Shown piece by piece: positions 48,092 to 57,447 of a stretch of DNA of 64,000 nucleotides (the first letter of the stretch is position 1; every line of letters begins with the position of its first letter). The DNA lies in NCBI GenBank assembly GCA_017003895.1, contig GCA_017003895.1_4520.1, one strand, 5' to 3'. The notes beneath the pieces are model-generated. The model saw only the letters and a program-made list of their open reading frames with translations, did not search any database and had not been told where the DNA came from. The translations under genes and the position numbers were made by a program. The stretch comes from a phage.

Positions 48092-49027
48092 TTATTCTGC
48101 AAATAATTCAGTAACGTCTGAAATTACTTCATACCGACAAGTACGCATCTTAGCATCGCCATAGTCAACTGGGATGGATACAACATCACGTGGATGAACT
48201 TTAACCTTAACAACTTTATCTGAGCTAGAACCAAAGTAACGAATATATGATTTAGCACAAACATGTAGACCACGGGAGCAGGTTTGAGTATCATCATCGT
48301 TAACACGAGTACGAGGCATTGAAACAACTTTACCAGGCGAGTTATCAAATGTGCCACTATAGCAATCTAAATAGTCTTTACGAACTACTTTCCATGCATA
48401 GAAATACCCATCTTCAGTGATTTCAATATCGTTTGCAACCAAGAAGTCGAATAAACGTTGTACAGCTTTTTCGCTTGGGTTTTCTAACAGGTTTTCAAGG
48501 AACGGCAGGTAGAATTTAAAGTCTTCGCCTTTTTCCATGGAATCAATAATACGGTTAACCAGTCCTGAACGAATTTCTATACCTTGATAAAATAAACTAC
48601 CACCTTCAATAGTAACATTACCATCAACAAACTTACTAATAGCTTTCTTGATGTTAATAAGTTCGACAGCTTTACTAAGGTTTCCTGCGACCAAATTAGC
48701 TTTAATTTCTTCAAAATTTGCATGACTTGATGGGGTCGCATTGTATGCTACGCGTCCTTCAATGATTGAAATAAATTTAGATGACGCGTTCCATACTATT
48801 TCAGGACGGTGTCCGCCGATAATAGGTTCATCATTTTCTGGGACCTGTTCTTCGTCTTCAAATTCAGCTGCTTTCTCTTCAGCTTTAAAATTCTTAACAA
48901 TCTTACGAAGAGTATCTGTTGAAATGTCAAAGTAATCGGCAATTTCTTTACGGGTCCATTTGCCTGATTCAACCAGCCCGTAAGCTTCTAACTGTTCTTC
49001 TTGGGACAAGCATTTGATATTGTACAT
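48092..49027 (-). CDS. rIIB: rIIB (rapid-lysis / exclusion-related membrane-associated protein)
   Basis: 311 aa (T4 rIIB 312 aa); N-terminus MYNIKCL as recalled for T4 rIIB; directly downstream of rIIA. Confidence 0.75.
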   Translation of the reverse strand: MYNIKCLSQEEQLEAYGLVESGKWTRKEIADYFDISTDTLRKIVKNFKAEEKAAEFEDEEQVPENDEPIIGGHRPEIVWNASSKFISIIEGRVAYNATPSSHANFEEIKANLVAGNLSKAVELINIKKAISKFVDGNVTIEGGSLFYQGIEIRSGLVNRIIDSMEKGEDFKFYLPFLENLLENPSEKAVQRLFDFLVANDIEITEDGYFYAWKVVRKDYLDCYSGTFDNSPGKVVSMPRTRVNDDDTQTCSRGLHVCAKSYIRYFGSSSDKVVKVKVHPRDVVSIPVDYGDAKMRTCRYEVISDVTELFAE

Positions 49028-49036
49028 AATGTTTCC

Positions 49037-51250
49037 TTATTTGGCCGCTTCCACGGCCTTCATGAATTTAACGATTTGAGCGACCTGTTCTTTGGAAAGA
49101 GTACCACGTCGTCCCATGTATTCTGACACAATATGATAATTGGTTTCGAATTCAATAACCATTTTATCATCATTATCGTAAGCATTATCTTTAAGCTTAT
49201 CGAAAATTTTAGCACATAATTCTAACTTCTTATTCAGGTCTCTGTTATCAGCACCTGCGAATCGATTCCATCCCCAGCGATTATTTACTGTTGAGAGTTT
49301 TGCAAAGTCTTTACTGATTTCTTTGTTCTTAGAGCTAAAATACTTACTAAGGAAGTTAAGCTCTTCATTACGAGTAATATGGTTTAGATAGGGCTGTGCT
49401 CTACGACTTGGTGATACATACTCATCATAATCTACTTTATCGATTAGCGTAATATAGTCATTAATTGATTTTTCGAACAAGCATTCTACTTCGCCAAGTT
49501 TACGAACTTTCTTAGCAATCTGTGGGCGAACTACAGTGAACTCTTTAATACCTGACAAATCAGCAATACGAGTCAAGAAATTAGAGTCATAGTTTAACCA
49601 ACCTTTATCTGCGACAAGACATTCAGCATTAGAACGATTACGAATTACAACATAACCTTGAATCTCATCAGCTTTACTAGCCGGAATAAAGAGATCTTCT
49701 GATACCCAAACATCGTTTTCATTCTTAAAGAACCGATGAGCACTTGGGGATTTAGGACGAGGCTGCGATGAACGTTCTTTAACTTCAATCCATGGTTTAA
49801 CTAATGCAAGAATTTCAGAGGTCTTATAAAATTTAAGGCTATCACCAGCGAAAATAACCTTTAATCGTTCCAGAAGTTTCATTGCAACTTCATCTTCCGG
49901 GTTAATGAATAATACGCTACTACCATATCCAGAAGGAACCTTATCAACGAGTGTTGATGCATCTGTGGAAGTCAAAGCATCGTTCAGAGCACGCATCATT
50001 GGTACGCGGCCTTTCACATCATCAATAACAATATCAATATGCTTACGACTAATACCTAGCAGGCTATTAATTGAAATAGTTGTAGACGAGCTTCCGCTTT
50101 CACGAATACGACGAAGTCGTGGGTCTGAAACGATATCATATACAACACCAAGGTTGCACCATTCAGGTCCCATTTTAAAACGTTTGTACAACTCAGAATA
50201 AGTTAGTTGTTCTTTAGAATATTTCAGTGATTCAATATTAGAACCGGCTTTTTCCATGTATTTACGAGCAGAGTAACCAAGAGAATCGATTTCACGGAAT
50301 ACATGACGTGGATATTCACAATCAATCCATTTCTTAGAATCTTCAGCAAATAATTTTGCATCGATTTCTGCAACGCGTTTATGGATATTTGCTACTGTAC
50401 GTTTATCAAATGACAATGCTTCACGAGACGGGGCTACATCTAGTTCACCCATAGGGAATTTAATATAAGCTGTAGTGCATCGCGTCATCATCCATGTTTG
50501 TTCTTTAATAACACTTCCGATTGGATATACAATACCACCATAAACAGCCATGATATTACCACGTTCACCCCATGGAGCTTCCTTGGCTAAATATACATCG
50601 TCAAATTCAGGAAAGTATTTAATATCTTTAACACCGCGAACTTCTGCAATATCACCTAGAGGACGCATAACATAAGCAATTTCGGATGCGAACTTTTCAA
50701 AATCTTCTGGGTTAACAGGCACAACTACTTCAACGCCGGTTCGGTCATCAGGACCCATCTTATCTACAAAGGTTGGCTTAATTTGTGGACCACTGTCATC
50801 TTGATAAATTACATAACCACGAACTTCACCATTATGATAAGAAGTAATGTTAAACGTATCAGTATATGCTAATGGAGCTTTAGAACCGAGACCGAAACCA
50901 CCAATGAAATCGTTACTCGATGTTTTAGTTGAAGCAAAATATGAGTTATAGATTCCTGGCTCTTCGTCGTTACCTCGAATGGTGAAATCACTCATACCAG
51001 GACCAAAGTCTCGAACTACAAAACGTGGGTCTAAACGACCTGGAGCCTGAACAATAAACTTATCAGTGCAACCATTAAGAATTTGTCCATCGATACAGTT
51101 TGTGATTAATTCACGTACACAAGCCAATTCTTTGTTTGTATAAAGGTCATTAGACAAAATCTTATAAACTTTGCTATTGCCTTGAATAGTGAATGCTGTG
51201 CTCTTACCGCCTGAACCAATAATCGTTTCTTTAGCCGTTTCAATAATCAT
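49037..51250 (-). CDS. rIIA: rIIA
   Basis: 737 aa (T4 rIIA 725 aa); synteny rIIA-rIIB; N-terminal GHKL-ATPase-like region. Confidence 0.75.
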   Translation of the reverse strand: MIIETAKETIIGSGGKSTAFTIQGNSKVYKILSNDLYTNKELACVRELITNCIDGQILNGCTDKFIVQAPGRLDPRFVVRDFGPGMSDFTIRGNDEEPGIYNSYFASTKTSSNDFIGGFGLGSKAPLAYTDTFNITSYHNGEVRGYVIYQDDSGPQIKPTFVDKMGPDDRTGVEVVVPVNPEDFEKFASEIAYVMRPLGDIAEVRGVKDIKYFPEFDDVYLAKEAPWGERGNIMAVYGGIVYPIGSVIKEQTWMMTRCTTAYIKFPMGELDVAPSREALSFDKRTVANIHKRVAEIDAKLFAEDSKKWIDCEYPRHVFREIDSLGYSARKYMEKAGSNIESLKYSKEQLTYSELYKRFKMGPEWCNLGVVYDIVSDPRLRRIRESGSSSTTISINSLLGISRKHIDIVIDDVKGRVPMMRALNDALTSTDASTLVDKVPSGYGSSVLFINPEDEVAMKLLERLKVIFAGDSLKFYKTSEILALVKPWIEVKERSSQPRPKSPSAHRFFKNENDVWVSEDLFIPASKADEIQGYVVIRNRSNAECLVADKGWLNYDSNFLTRIADLSGIKEFTVVRPQIAKKVRKLGEVECLFEKSINDYITLIDKVDYDEYVSPSRRAQPYLNHITRNEELNFLSKYFSSKNKEISKDFAKLSTVNNRWGWNRFAGADNRDLNKKLELCAKIFDKLKDNAYDNDDKMVIEFETNYHIVSEYMGRRGTLSKEQVAQIVKFMKAVEAAK

Positions 51251-51262
51251 ATTTTTCTCTCA

Positions 51263-51463
51263 TCACAAGTTACGTTTAAAAATTTCTGCTACTTCAAGAA
51301 GTTCTTCTTTAGTAGCTGTATCGGTTTGTATTTTATATCGAATTTCTTTAAAGCGTTCTTTAAATGACTCTGCTGATTCGATATCAAAAAATCTTTGGAT
51401 AAGTCGGAATTCCCGGAGCACCGCTTTATCAAAAAGTTCCAAGTCCACGTTATACGTTCTCAT
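51263..51463 (-). CDS. Hypothetical protein (rIIA.1 position)
   Basis: 66-aa ORF just upstream of rIIA. Confidence 0.5.
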   Translation of the reverse strand: MRTYNVDLELFDKAVLREFRLIQRFFDIESAESFKERFKEIRYKIQTDTATKEELLEVAEIFKRNL

Positions 51464-51555
51464 AATATTCTCTTCAGTAGATTGCTAGGGCACTATTACT
51501 AAAGACCATATAATTTATCATCTTATGTGTAATAGTGCCTCAGGCTATTCAGGAT

Positions 51556-52656
51556 TTACGCTGTGAAGATTTTATCCCACATCGCAACAACTGCATCTCG
51601 ATTATACTTCTTCCATACTGCTTCAGCACGTTTAACTCGAGCTTCGTATGTGTCAGTGAATTCTAATACAGCTTTTGTGTAAAGCGCAACTACTTCTTTC
51701 TTAGGAGTGGAGGAATCAATTTCTACACGCACAGTATCTGGGTCGTATTCGAATGTCGCATGAGGATAATCCTTAAAAACTAACTGGATTACAGGGACAC
51801 CTTTAGAGATGGCTTCAATAGAACTATTCTCTACCGTACCTGTGTCAGGACATGTATTAATAAGTGCTTTAGCTGTTTTAAGACGTTCCATGATTTCACT
51901 GTGTGGAGCATCAATAATAACAGGATATTTAGCTGGTGGTGCCCATTTGCTTGGACAATAACCAATACCATTTTCGCCTAGTGCTTTAATTGCTTCAAGA
52001 GCAACATCAGTGCGACGCATCTTAGTGTCATAACGTTGAGCACTAATAATCAAATCAGTTGCCGGGAGAACTTCTGGCTTTTCAGACAAACAAATAACCG
52101 GGTAGTCATCAGGTTCAAATAATGGATTTTCACGCCAGTAGTCATAATCAATTTTGTCAGTAAGAGCTGAAGTCATATGACAATATTTACGTTCAAATTC
52201 ACGGAATGCTTTAGTAGGAGCATAGCTCTTCCCACCGTTCTTGTGAATCTGGATAGTCTGATCCCAAATTTGAACAATACCACGAGACACAGGTTCAAAC
52301 GGCGTAGCCATAAAATTCTTATGAACTTTAGAGAGTCCAGCATCTTTAATTGCCTGAACGGTTAGTTTAGTCGGTTCCATAGTAACAACAAAATCGTATT
52401 CATGGATGCCGGCTAGTTCAACAATCTTACGAGCCATAGTATAACTCATACCTAGACTGAATTTAGTCAGATGACCAACAGGATGGTGTGTAACTTTCCA
52501 GTCACCAAACGTGTCATTATCAAAGCCGATATAATCAATATCAGCACCGATGGACACAAGATATTTCAACACATTTAAATGTACTGCTTCAAGTCCACCT
52601 TGTACACGGTCAGGATTAAATGGGACTGCACGAGATGGGATAAACATAACTTTCAT
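51556..52656 (-). CDS. GT-B fold glycosyltransferase-like protein (GT4-like); candidate DNA or sugar-modifying enzyme
   Basis: 366 aa; N-terminal ...VQGGLEAVH... (GGxE-like) and C-terminal ...TGTVENSSIEAISKGVPVI...YDPD... resembling the GT4 nucleotide-sugar binding signature. Confidence 0.55.
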   Translation of the reverse strand: MKVMFIPSRAVPFNPDRVQGGLEAVHLNVLKYLVSIGADIDYIGFDNDTFGDWKVTHHPVGHLTKFSLGMSYTMARKIVELAGIHEYDFVVTMEPTKLTVQAIKDAGLSKVHKNFMATPFEPVSRGIVQIWDQTIQIHKNGGKSYAPTKAFREFERKYCHMTSALTDKIDYDYWRENPLFEPDDYPVICLSEKPEVLPATDLIISAQRYDTKMRRTDVALEAIKALGENGIGYCPSKWAPPAKYPVIIDAPHSEIMERLKTAKALINTCPDTGTVENSSIEAISKGVPVIQLVFKDYPHATFEYDPDTVRVEIDSSTPKKEVVALYTKAVLEFTDTYEARVKRAEAVWKKYNRDAVVAMWDKIFTA

Positions 52657-52672
52657 AATTAAGCCTTATTAA

Positions 52673-52690
52673 AATTAAAATGAAGCTCCC
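52673..52690 (-). terminator. CUUCGG tetraloop hairpin after gene 39
   Basis: aagctcc-cgaa-ggagctt; followed on the minus strand by a U-rich stretch. Confidence 0.45.
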
Positions 52691-52698
52691 GAAGGAGC

Positions 52699-54516
52699 TT
52701 AGGACATCCATTCTTTACGAAGTTCTGAATCATCACCCATCAACATTTCAAATAGTTCTTTCCAATTTTCAGGAAGTTTAACTACGTCGTACACAGGGTT
52801 CTGAATCATTTCACGATATTCTGACTTTTCAAGGGAGCCTAATCCCTTGATGTATCGAATACTATGCTTAGGCAGTGTATCTTTAACTTCTTCATACTCA
52901 GCTACAGTATAAAACCATTTTTGAGTTTTGCCAATTTGTGCAATAATTACAGGCGTTTTAACAAAGCGAATACGTCCCTGTTCAAACAATTCAGGCCAAT
53001 TACTAAAGAAAGCAAGCAAAGCCGGATAAATACTTCCAAGACCGTCATGATCGGCATCGGTCATAATTGCAATATTACGATAGTTCGTATTCTCTGCCTT
53101 TTCGCCAAGAATAAGACCTGTGATAGCACAGATATCAAAGAGCTCTTTGTTCTTCATCATATCAGCATATGACATACCCCAGCTATTCATCACCTTACCA
53201 CGTAACGGGAATCCACCGTGTAGTTCACGGTCACGAACATCAATGAGATAACCAATTGCCGAATCACCTTCTGTTAAGAACAATGTCGTATCTGCATCTT
53301 TACCGCATTGGTTAGCTTTAATATGCTTATGAACCTTAGCTTTAGTTGCCTTTTTAGCTGCTTTAGTTTCTGCAGCCTTTTCTGCTGCCAATTTACGAGC
53401 TAATGCTGCTTCAACAATAGGCATAATCAAGGCTTCGTTTTTAAGAAGTGCCTGAGCAATTTTCTTAGCATCTAATTGGATATGATTACGAATATCACCA
53501 TACGTTGACGTTAAACGTTCTTTAGTCTGAGAATCAAAACGCATATTGCTCATGTCTCTAATAAACATCAACATTGTGAGGCATTCTTTAACACGAGCTT
53601 TAGTGACTTCAATACCCTTATATTTCTTTTTAATACCTGGCAAAAGATGTTCGCAGATATCATCCATTACACATTCAACATGATGACCACCATTTTTAGT
53701 ATGGATGTTATTCACATAAGTTAAATGACGGAAGCCATCTGGTGATGTTGTGAATGCTATAGAGACTTTATCATTTTCTTGAATGATGTTATCTTCACCA
53801 AATTGTTTAGCAAATCGTTTAAAATTACCATCAACCTTTTTACCATTAAATGTGAACTTGATATCAGGATAAACGACTGCCAATGTTTGAAGTCGGTCTA
53901 AAGTAATATCTAAATAAATTTGAGATAAATTATGCTCTTCAAATGAAGAGAAATCAGGAGTGAAGATTACTTTAGTGCCTTTACCTTTAGATTTCTTAGA
54001 AGACCATGATTTGTTTTCCATTCCGTTTGAACAGTTAACAGTGATTTCGTTTTCGCCATCTGACGTGATGCCTGTAAACAACGTAGAGAAGATATTAGTT
54101 AAACTACTCCCGACGCCGTTCATACCACCAGTCTTGCGTTCAGAGTCATCACCAAAGTTACCACCGGCCTTTGGAATAGTCCAGGCTGCTACAGGCCCAG
54201 GAATTTGTTCACCTGTTTGGTCAGTAACTAAACCTTGAGGAATACCACGCCCGTTATCTTCCACCGAAACTTGATTATTTTTAATTTGCACATCAATTTT
54301 ATTTGCAAACTTAAATGATGTACGAATAGCTTCATCAACCGAGTTGTCAATAATCTCATCGATTAATTTAACCAGACCAGGAACATATTCAACTTGTTGA
54401 TATTTACCAAACAAAAAACGCTCATGTGCTTCTTTAGCAGAAGAACCAATATACATACCACTACGTTTCTTAATATGTTCTACATCTGACAATACCTTAA
54501 TTTCATTTTTAATCAT
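52699..54516 (-). CDS. 39: DNA topoisomerase II large subunit (GyrB-like), single uninterrupted ORF covering the T4 gene 39 + gene 60 equivalent
   Basis: 605 aa; GHKL ATPase N-terminus, toprim-like region and C-terminal segment in one frame; no bypass element or separate gene 60. Confidence 0.85.
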   Translation of the reverse strand: MIKNEIKVLSDVEHIKKRSGMYIGSSAKEAHERFLFGKYQQVEYVPGLVKLIDEIIDNSVDEAIRTSFKFANKIDVQIKNNQVSVEDNGRGIPQGLVTDQTGEQIPGPVAAWTIPKAGGNFGDDSERKTGGMNGVGSSLTNIFSTLFTGITSDGENEITVNCSNGMENKSWSSKKSKGKGTKVIFTPDFSSFEEHNLSQIYLDITLDRLQTLAVVYPDIKFTFNGKKVDGNFKRFAKQFGEDNIIQENDKVSIAFTTSPDGFRHLTYVNNIHTKNGGHHVECVMDDICEHLLPGIKKKYKGIEVTKARVKECLTMLMFIRDMSNMRFDSQTKERLTSTYGDIRNHIQLDAKKIAQALLKNEALIMPIVEAALARKLAAEKAAETKAAKKATKAKVHKHIKANQCGKDADTTLFLTEGDSAIGYLIDVRDRELHGGFPLRGKVMNSWGMSYADMMKNKELFDICAITGLILGEKAENTNYRNIAIMTDADHDGLGSIYPALLAFFSNWPELFEQGRIRFVKTPVIIAQIGKTQKWFYTVAEYEEVKDTLPKHSIRYIKGLGSLEKSEYREMIQNPVYDVVKLPENWKELFEMLMGDDSELRKEWMS

Positions 54517-54566
54517 GTTGTCTCCTCGTTATGAAGGTATTCTATCATCCGAAATCTAAAGCAAAA

Positions 54567-54580
54567 AGGGCCGAAGCCCT
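54567..54580 (-). terminator. CUUCGG tetraloop hairpin terminator upstream of gene 39
   Basis: agggc-cgaa-gccct; followed on the minus strand by UUUUU. Confidence 0.5.
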
Positions 54581-55005
54581 TATTTAAATTTAATTTTCTG
54601 AAGTGCATCAATTGCAGCTAAACGCCCTTGTTCACTTTTAACTGTAATGACCACATCGCCTGATACGATCACCGATCCATCAACAAATTCTATAGAGCCT
54701 TTTTTGAAATCGACAGATGTATCTGGTTCCGGAACTTCTTCAAAGAATTTAAATTCTGCACCATAAAGCAGAATATCACCTTGCATACTATGAATAGTTC
54801 GGCCATAATCGCCTACGGCTTCTACAGCAATAACCGAAACACCGTAACCAATCATCTCTTCCACAATAAAATCTTTGGACAATAAAGTAGTATGCAGATT
54901 AGTATTAAGACGTTTACCAGTCGTATTAAGAATTCTCAAGAAATTATCTTCTTGACCTTTGATAATACGATATTTCTTACCAACTTCAAAACCTTTAAAA
55001 GCCAT
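54580..55005 (-). CDS. Hypothetical protein
   Basis: 141-aa ORF upstream of gene 39. Confidence 0.55.
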   Translation of the reverse strand: MAFKGFEVGKKYRIIKGQEDNFLRILNTTGKRLNTNLHTTLLSKDFIVEEMIGYGVSVIAVEAVGDYGRTIHSMQGDILLYGAEFKFFEEVPEPDTSVDFKKGSIEFVDGSVIVSGDVVITVKSEQGRLAAIDALQKIKFK

Positions 55006-55007
55006 AA

Positions 55008-55187
55008 TTAACCCTTCTTAAGTAAGTCGTAAAAACCACCGTTCACATGTTTAGGAGCAGAAACCCGACGAGTAGACAGACGATGACATTCAGGGCAAAC
55101 ATCGTTTTCTCGTTCAGAAATCCTTTTAATTTTTTCATATTCATGTCCGCAATCTTCAGATTGGCATTTATAGTCGTATAACGGCAT
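55008..55187 (-). CDS. Small zinc-ribbon protein (FmdB-like CxxC...CxxC), not in ORF track
   Basis: Manual translation MPLYDYKCQSEDCGHEYEKIKRISERENDVCPECHRLSTRRVSAPKHVNGGFYDLLKKG; two CxxC pairs. Confidence 0.5.
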   Translation of the reverse strand: MPLYDYKCQSEDCGHEYEKIKRISERENDVCPECHRLSTRRVSAPKHVNGGFYDLLKKG

Positions 55188-55192
55188 TATTA

Positions 55193-55603
55193 TTATTCCT
55201 TAAAATGTGCTTTCAACATTTGATACAAAGACCATGCCTGGTCGTTATTTTCGATAGTAATTGTCATCACCGGAAATTCAGACAATTCGTCAAGTTCACC
55301 AGAATCTTGCTCTTCGGACGCTTGATACGGATTTCCAACTTCGTCAAAGAACTCTGCTTCATTCGTGGAGAGCCAGATAAAGTTTTCATCAAGGATATCA
55401 CCGCCTGTTGCGTATCCAACCGTGCCAGTAGATGTCACAATTTTAGTAGGACGTCCAAGATGGTCAACATCTAATACTTTAAATGGTTCCATGCCAAGAC
55501 GTCGTGCATAAATCCCATTATCAGTGTGGTCTTTAATAAACTCTTCTTGGGCACGTTTATCTTTAAATTGGTACCATGAGTTAACGCGGAATTTATTAGC
55601 CAT
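55193..55603 (-). CDS. Hypothetical acidic protein
   Basis: 136-aa ORF in operon orientation. Confidence 0.55.
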   Translation of the reverse strand: MANKFRVNSWYQFKDKRAQEEFIKDHTDNGIYARRLGMEPFKVLDVDHLGRPTKIVTSTGTVGYATGGDILDENFIWLSTNEAEFFDEVGNPYQASEEQDSGELDELSEFPVMTITIENNDQAWSLYQMLKAHFKE

Positions 55604-55830
55604 TAGTAAGTTTCCTTCCAGTAAGTTGTACCGTTTTCAGTGATTTCACGGAAGATACCATAGATAGGCATTTCATCACCGAGTTTTTCGTAAACGTAAA
55701 CCACTTCGGTGTAGCATAAAAATTCGGTCCAGTTTTTCTGTACAACAACTAAATCAGGATTAAACAGAACATCTTCAAACTCATCGATGTTTGAATCAGT
55801 AGTTACGTTTTTAATGATTTGACGTTTCAT
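55603..55830 (-). CDS. Hypothetical protein (start moved to internal Met downstream of promoter)
   Basis: Track ORF start at 55875 lies inside the promoter; ATG at 55828-55830 has AGGAGA Shine-Dalgarno. Confidence 0.45.
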   Translation of the reverse strand: MKRQIIKNVTTDSNIDEFEDVLFNPDLVVVQKNWTEFLCYTEVVYVYEKLGDEMPIYGIFREITENGTTYWKETY

Positions 55831-55859
55831 AATATTCTCCTCTTGTTTTGATAGGTCTA

Positions 55860-55889
55860 TAGTATCATAGACCATAGTTGTTGTACATC
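55860..55889 (-). promoter_or_regulatory. Early promoter (TGTACA-N18-TACTAT) with -10 in hairpin loop
   Basis: Plus tgtaca at 55884-55889 and atagta at 55860-55865; inverted repeat ggtcta/tagacc (55855-55874). Confidence 0.45.
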
Positions 55890-56412
55890 ATTTTAGCAAA
55901 ATAAAATCAACTTGTTCTGCCAATGAACGTCTAAACATTAATTGACAACTTCCGAGGATGAAATCAGGTGCTTCATAGACTGCGATGTAGTATCCTTTAG
56001 CTTTCAAGAGTTCAACATCCACCTGGTCATCAAACCATGCATAAACCGCATCAACACTTTCAAATCCAAAATAGAACCCTTGAGCCCAATCTTCATTCAA
56101 TTCAAATGTGTGCTCAATTCTATAGTATCTTAAGATATTTTGTTCAAGGAGTTTGTCTTCATTTACTGTAGGACGATTAGGGACATTATAGTTGTCGCCA
56201 TGATGGTAGAAGTTACCTGAGAGTATTCCATGTTTATCAAGGAACTCCCATGTTTCTTCAGAGTTGTCGGTGCCCGACCAACCGTACGGCGAGCGAGGTT
56301 CTTTATTCCAAGAGGTTTCCCAAATTCTGACGGCTTTACCGTCTTTGATAGCAATTCCTGGTAATGATTCACGTTGAGTACAAAAACTACGTTCTACACG
56401 GTAAACTAACAT
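55888..56412 (-). CDS. Hypothetical protein
   Basis: 174-aa ORF preceded by an early promoter and AGGAGA RBS. Confidence 0.55.
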   Translation of the reverse strand: MLVYRVERSFCTQRESLPGIAIKDGKAVRIWETSWNKEPRSPYGWSGTDNSEETWEFLDKHGILSGNFYHHGDNYNVPNRPTVNEDKLLEQNILRYYRIEHTFELNEDWAQGFYFGFESVDAVYAWFDDQVDVELLKAKGYYIAVYEAPDFILGSCQLMFRRSLAEQVDFILLK

Positions 56413-56438
56413 ATTATTCTCCTCTTGTTGATATGGTT

Positions 56439-56467
56439 ATAATATCAAAACCAGAGGAGAAGTAAAC
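56439..56467 (-). promoter_or_regulatory. Early promoter, GTTTAC-N17-TATTAT
   Basis: Plus gtaaac at 56462-56467 and ataata at 56439-56444. Confidence 0.5.
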
Positions 56468-56471
56468 AACT

Positions 56472-56891
56472 TTATGCGAAAGCAGCTGGGCTATATTTTT
56501 TAATTTGGAATTCAGGAACTACCATGAACTGACCAGCGAAAACGATGTTATAAAGCTTAACACCATCTTCTACCCAACGGTCGCTAATAAATCCGGCGAT
56601 TTGCTTAGTTTTCCATGGCGTTCCATCAGTTGCCGCAGCAATAGTGAATTCATGGTCTTTTTCAACAGAAACTGATCTGCATAGTCCCCATTTGAACGCT
56701 TTTTCTTCTGGCTCAATGAACTGGCTTGAGACGTAGCCAATATTACCATTAGCATCACGAACTTTAACTTGGTTACGACCAAAAACCGGATCACTCACAG
56801 AAAGAACTTCAACCAACTTCCCGGCAACTTTAGAGCGAGAAGCAACAGATACATATACGTAATCACCTGTAGAGAGATTTACAATATTCAT
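56472..56891 (-). CDS. Hypothetical protein, paralog family member 1 of 3
   Basis: 139 aa; shares SRSK(A/V)AGKLVEV and GFISD.WVEDG.KLYNIVF motifs with the two upstream ORFs. Confidence 0.55.
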   Translation of the reverse strand: MNIVNLSTGDYVYVSVASRSKVAGKLVEVLSVSDPVFGRNQVKVRDANGNIGYVSSQFIEPEEKAFKWGLCRSVSVEKDHEFTIAAATDGTPWKTKQIAGFISDRWVEDGVKLYNIVFAGQFMVVPEFQIKKYSPAAFA

Positions 56892-56900
56892 AATAATTCC

Positions 56901-57386
56901 TTAAGCTTTACGAGGAGACACATAGCGAGTGATTTCGGATTCTTTAACAACTCGGAAGTCACCTAAGAATACGATATTGTATAACTTTTCACCATCTTCT
57001 ACCCATTGGTCACTAATGAAGCCACACATGGTATCAGTTGTGCTTGGATAACCATATTCATCGATGAAGTCAAATTCTTTATCAGTCTGGAATTCAACAC
57101 CTTTACACAAGGCCCATTTGAACTGTACATTAGGCTCTGTGGATTCAACTTTTTCTCTTGAAGCAAAAGCACTACTCGCAGGAGTTTCCAAGAACTTTGC
57201 ACGAACATAAGCGAACTGAGTTTCCCTCGACCCAAGACTAGGAATAATACGAACTTTTACCTCAGAATCTTCATCTTTAACGCCTTCTTTAAGTTGAATA
57301 CTTACAACTTCGACCAATTTTCCTGCTGCTTTAGAACGAGATTTGTTAGATACGCGAACGATTTCACCAATAATACCAAGATTCAT
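56901..57386 (-). CDS. Hypothetical protein, paralog family member 2 of 3
   Basis: 161 aa; same conserved N- and C-terminal motifs as 56472..56891. Confidence 0.55.
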   Translation of the reverse strand: MNLGIIGEIVRVSNKSRSKAAGKLVEVVSIQLKEGVKDEDSEVKVRIIPSLGSRETQFAYVRAKFLETPASSAFASREKVESTEPNVQFKWALCKGVEFQTDKEFDFIDEYGYPSTTDTMCGFISDQWVEDGEKLYNIVFLGDFRVVKESEITRYVSPRKA

Positions 57387-57415
57387 AATTTTCTCTCTTT
57401 GTTTAAGTTGAATTC

Positions 57416-57444
57416 ATTATACTCCACCCGTCCTTGGATGTACA
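57416..57444 (-). promoter_or_regulatory. Early promoter, TGTACA-N17-TATAAT
   Basis: Plus tgtaca at 57439-57444 and attata at 57416-57421. Confidence 0.5.
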
Positions 57445-57447
57445 ACA

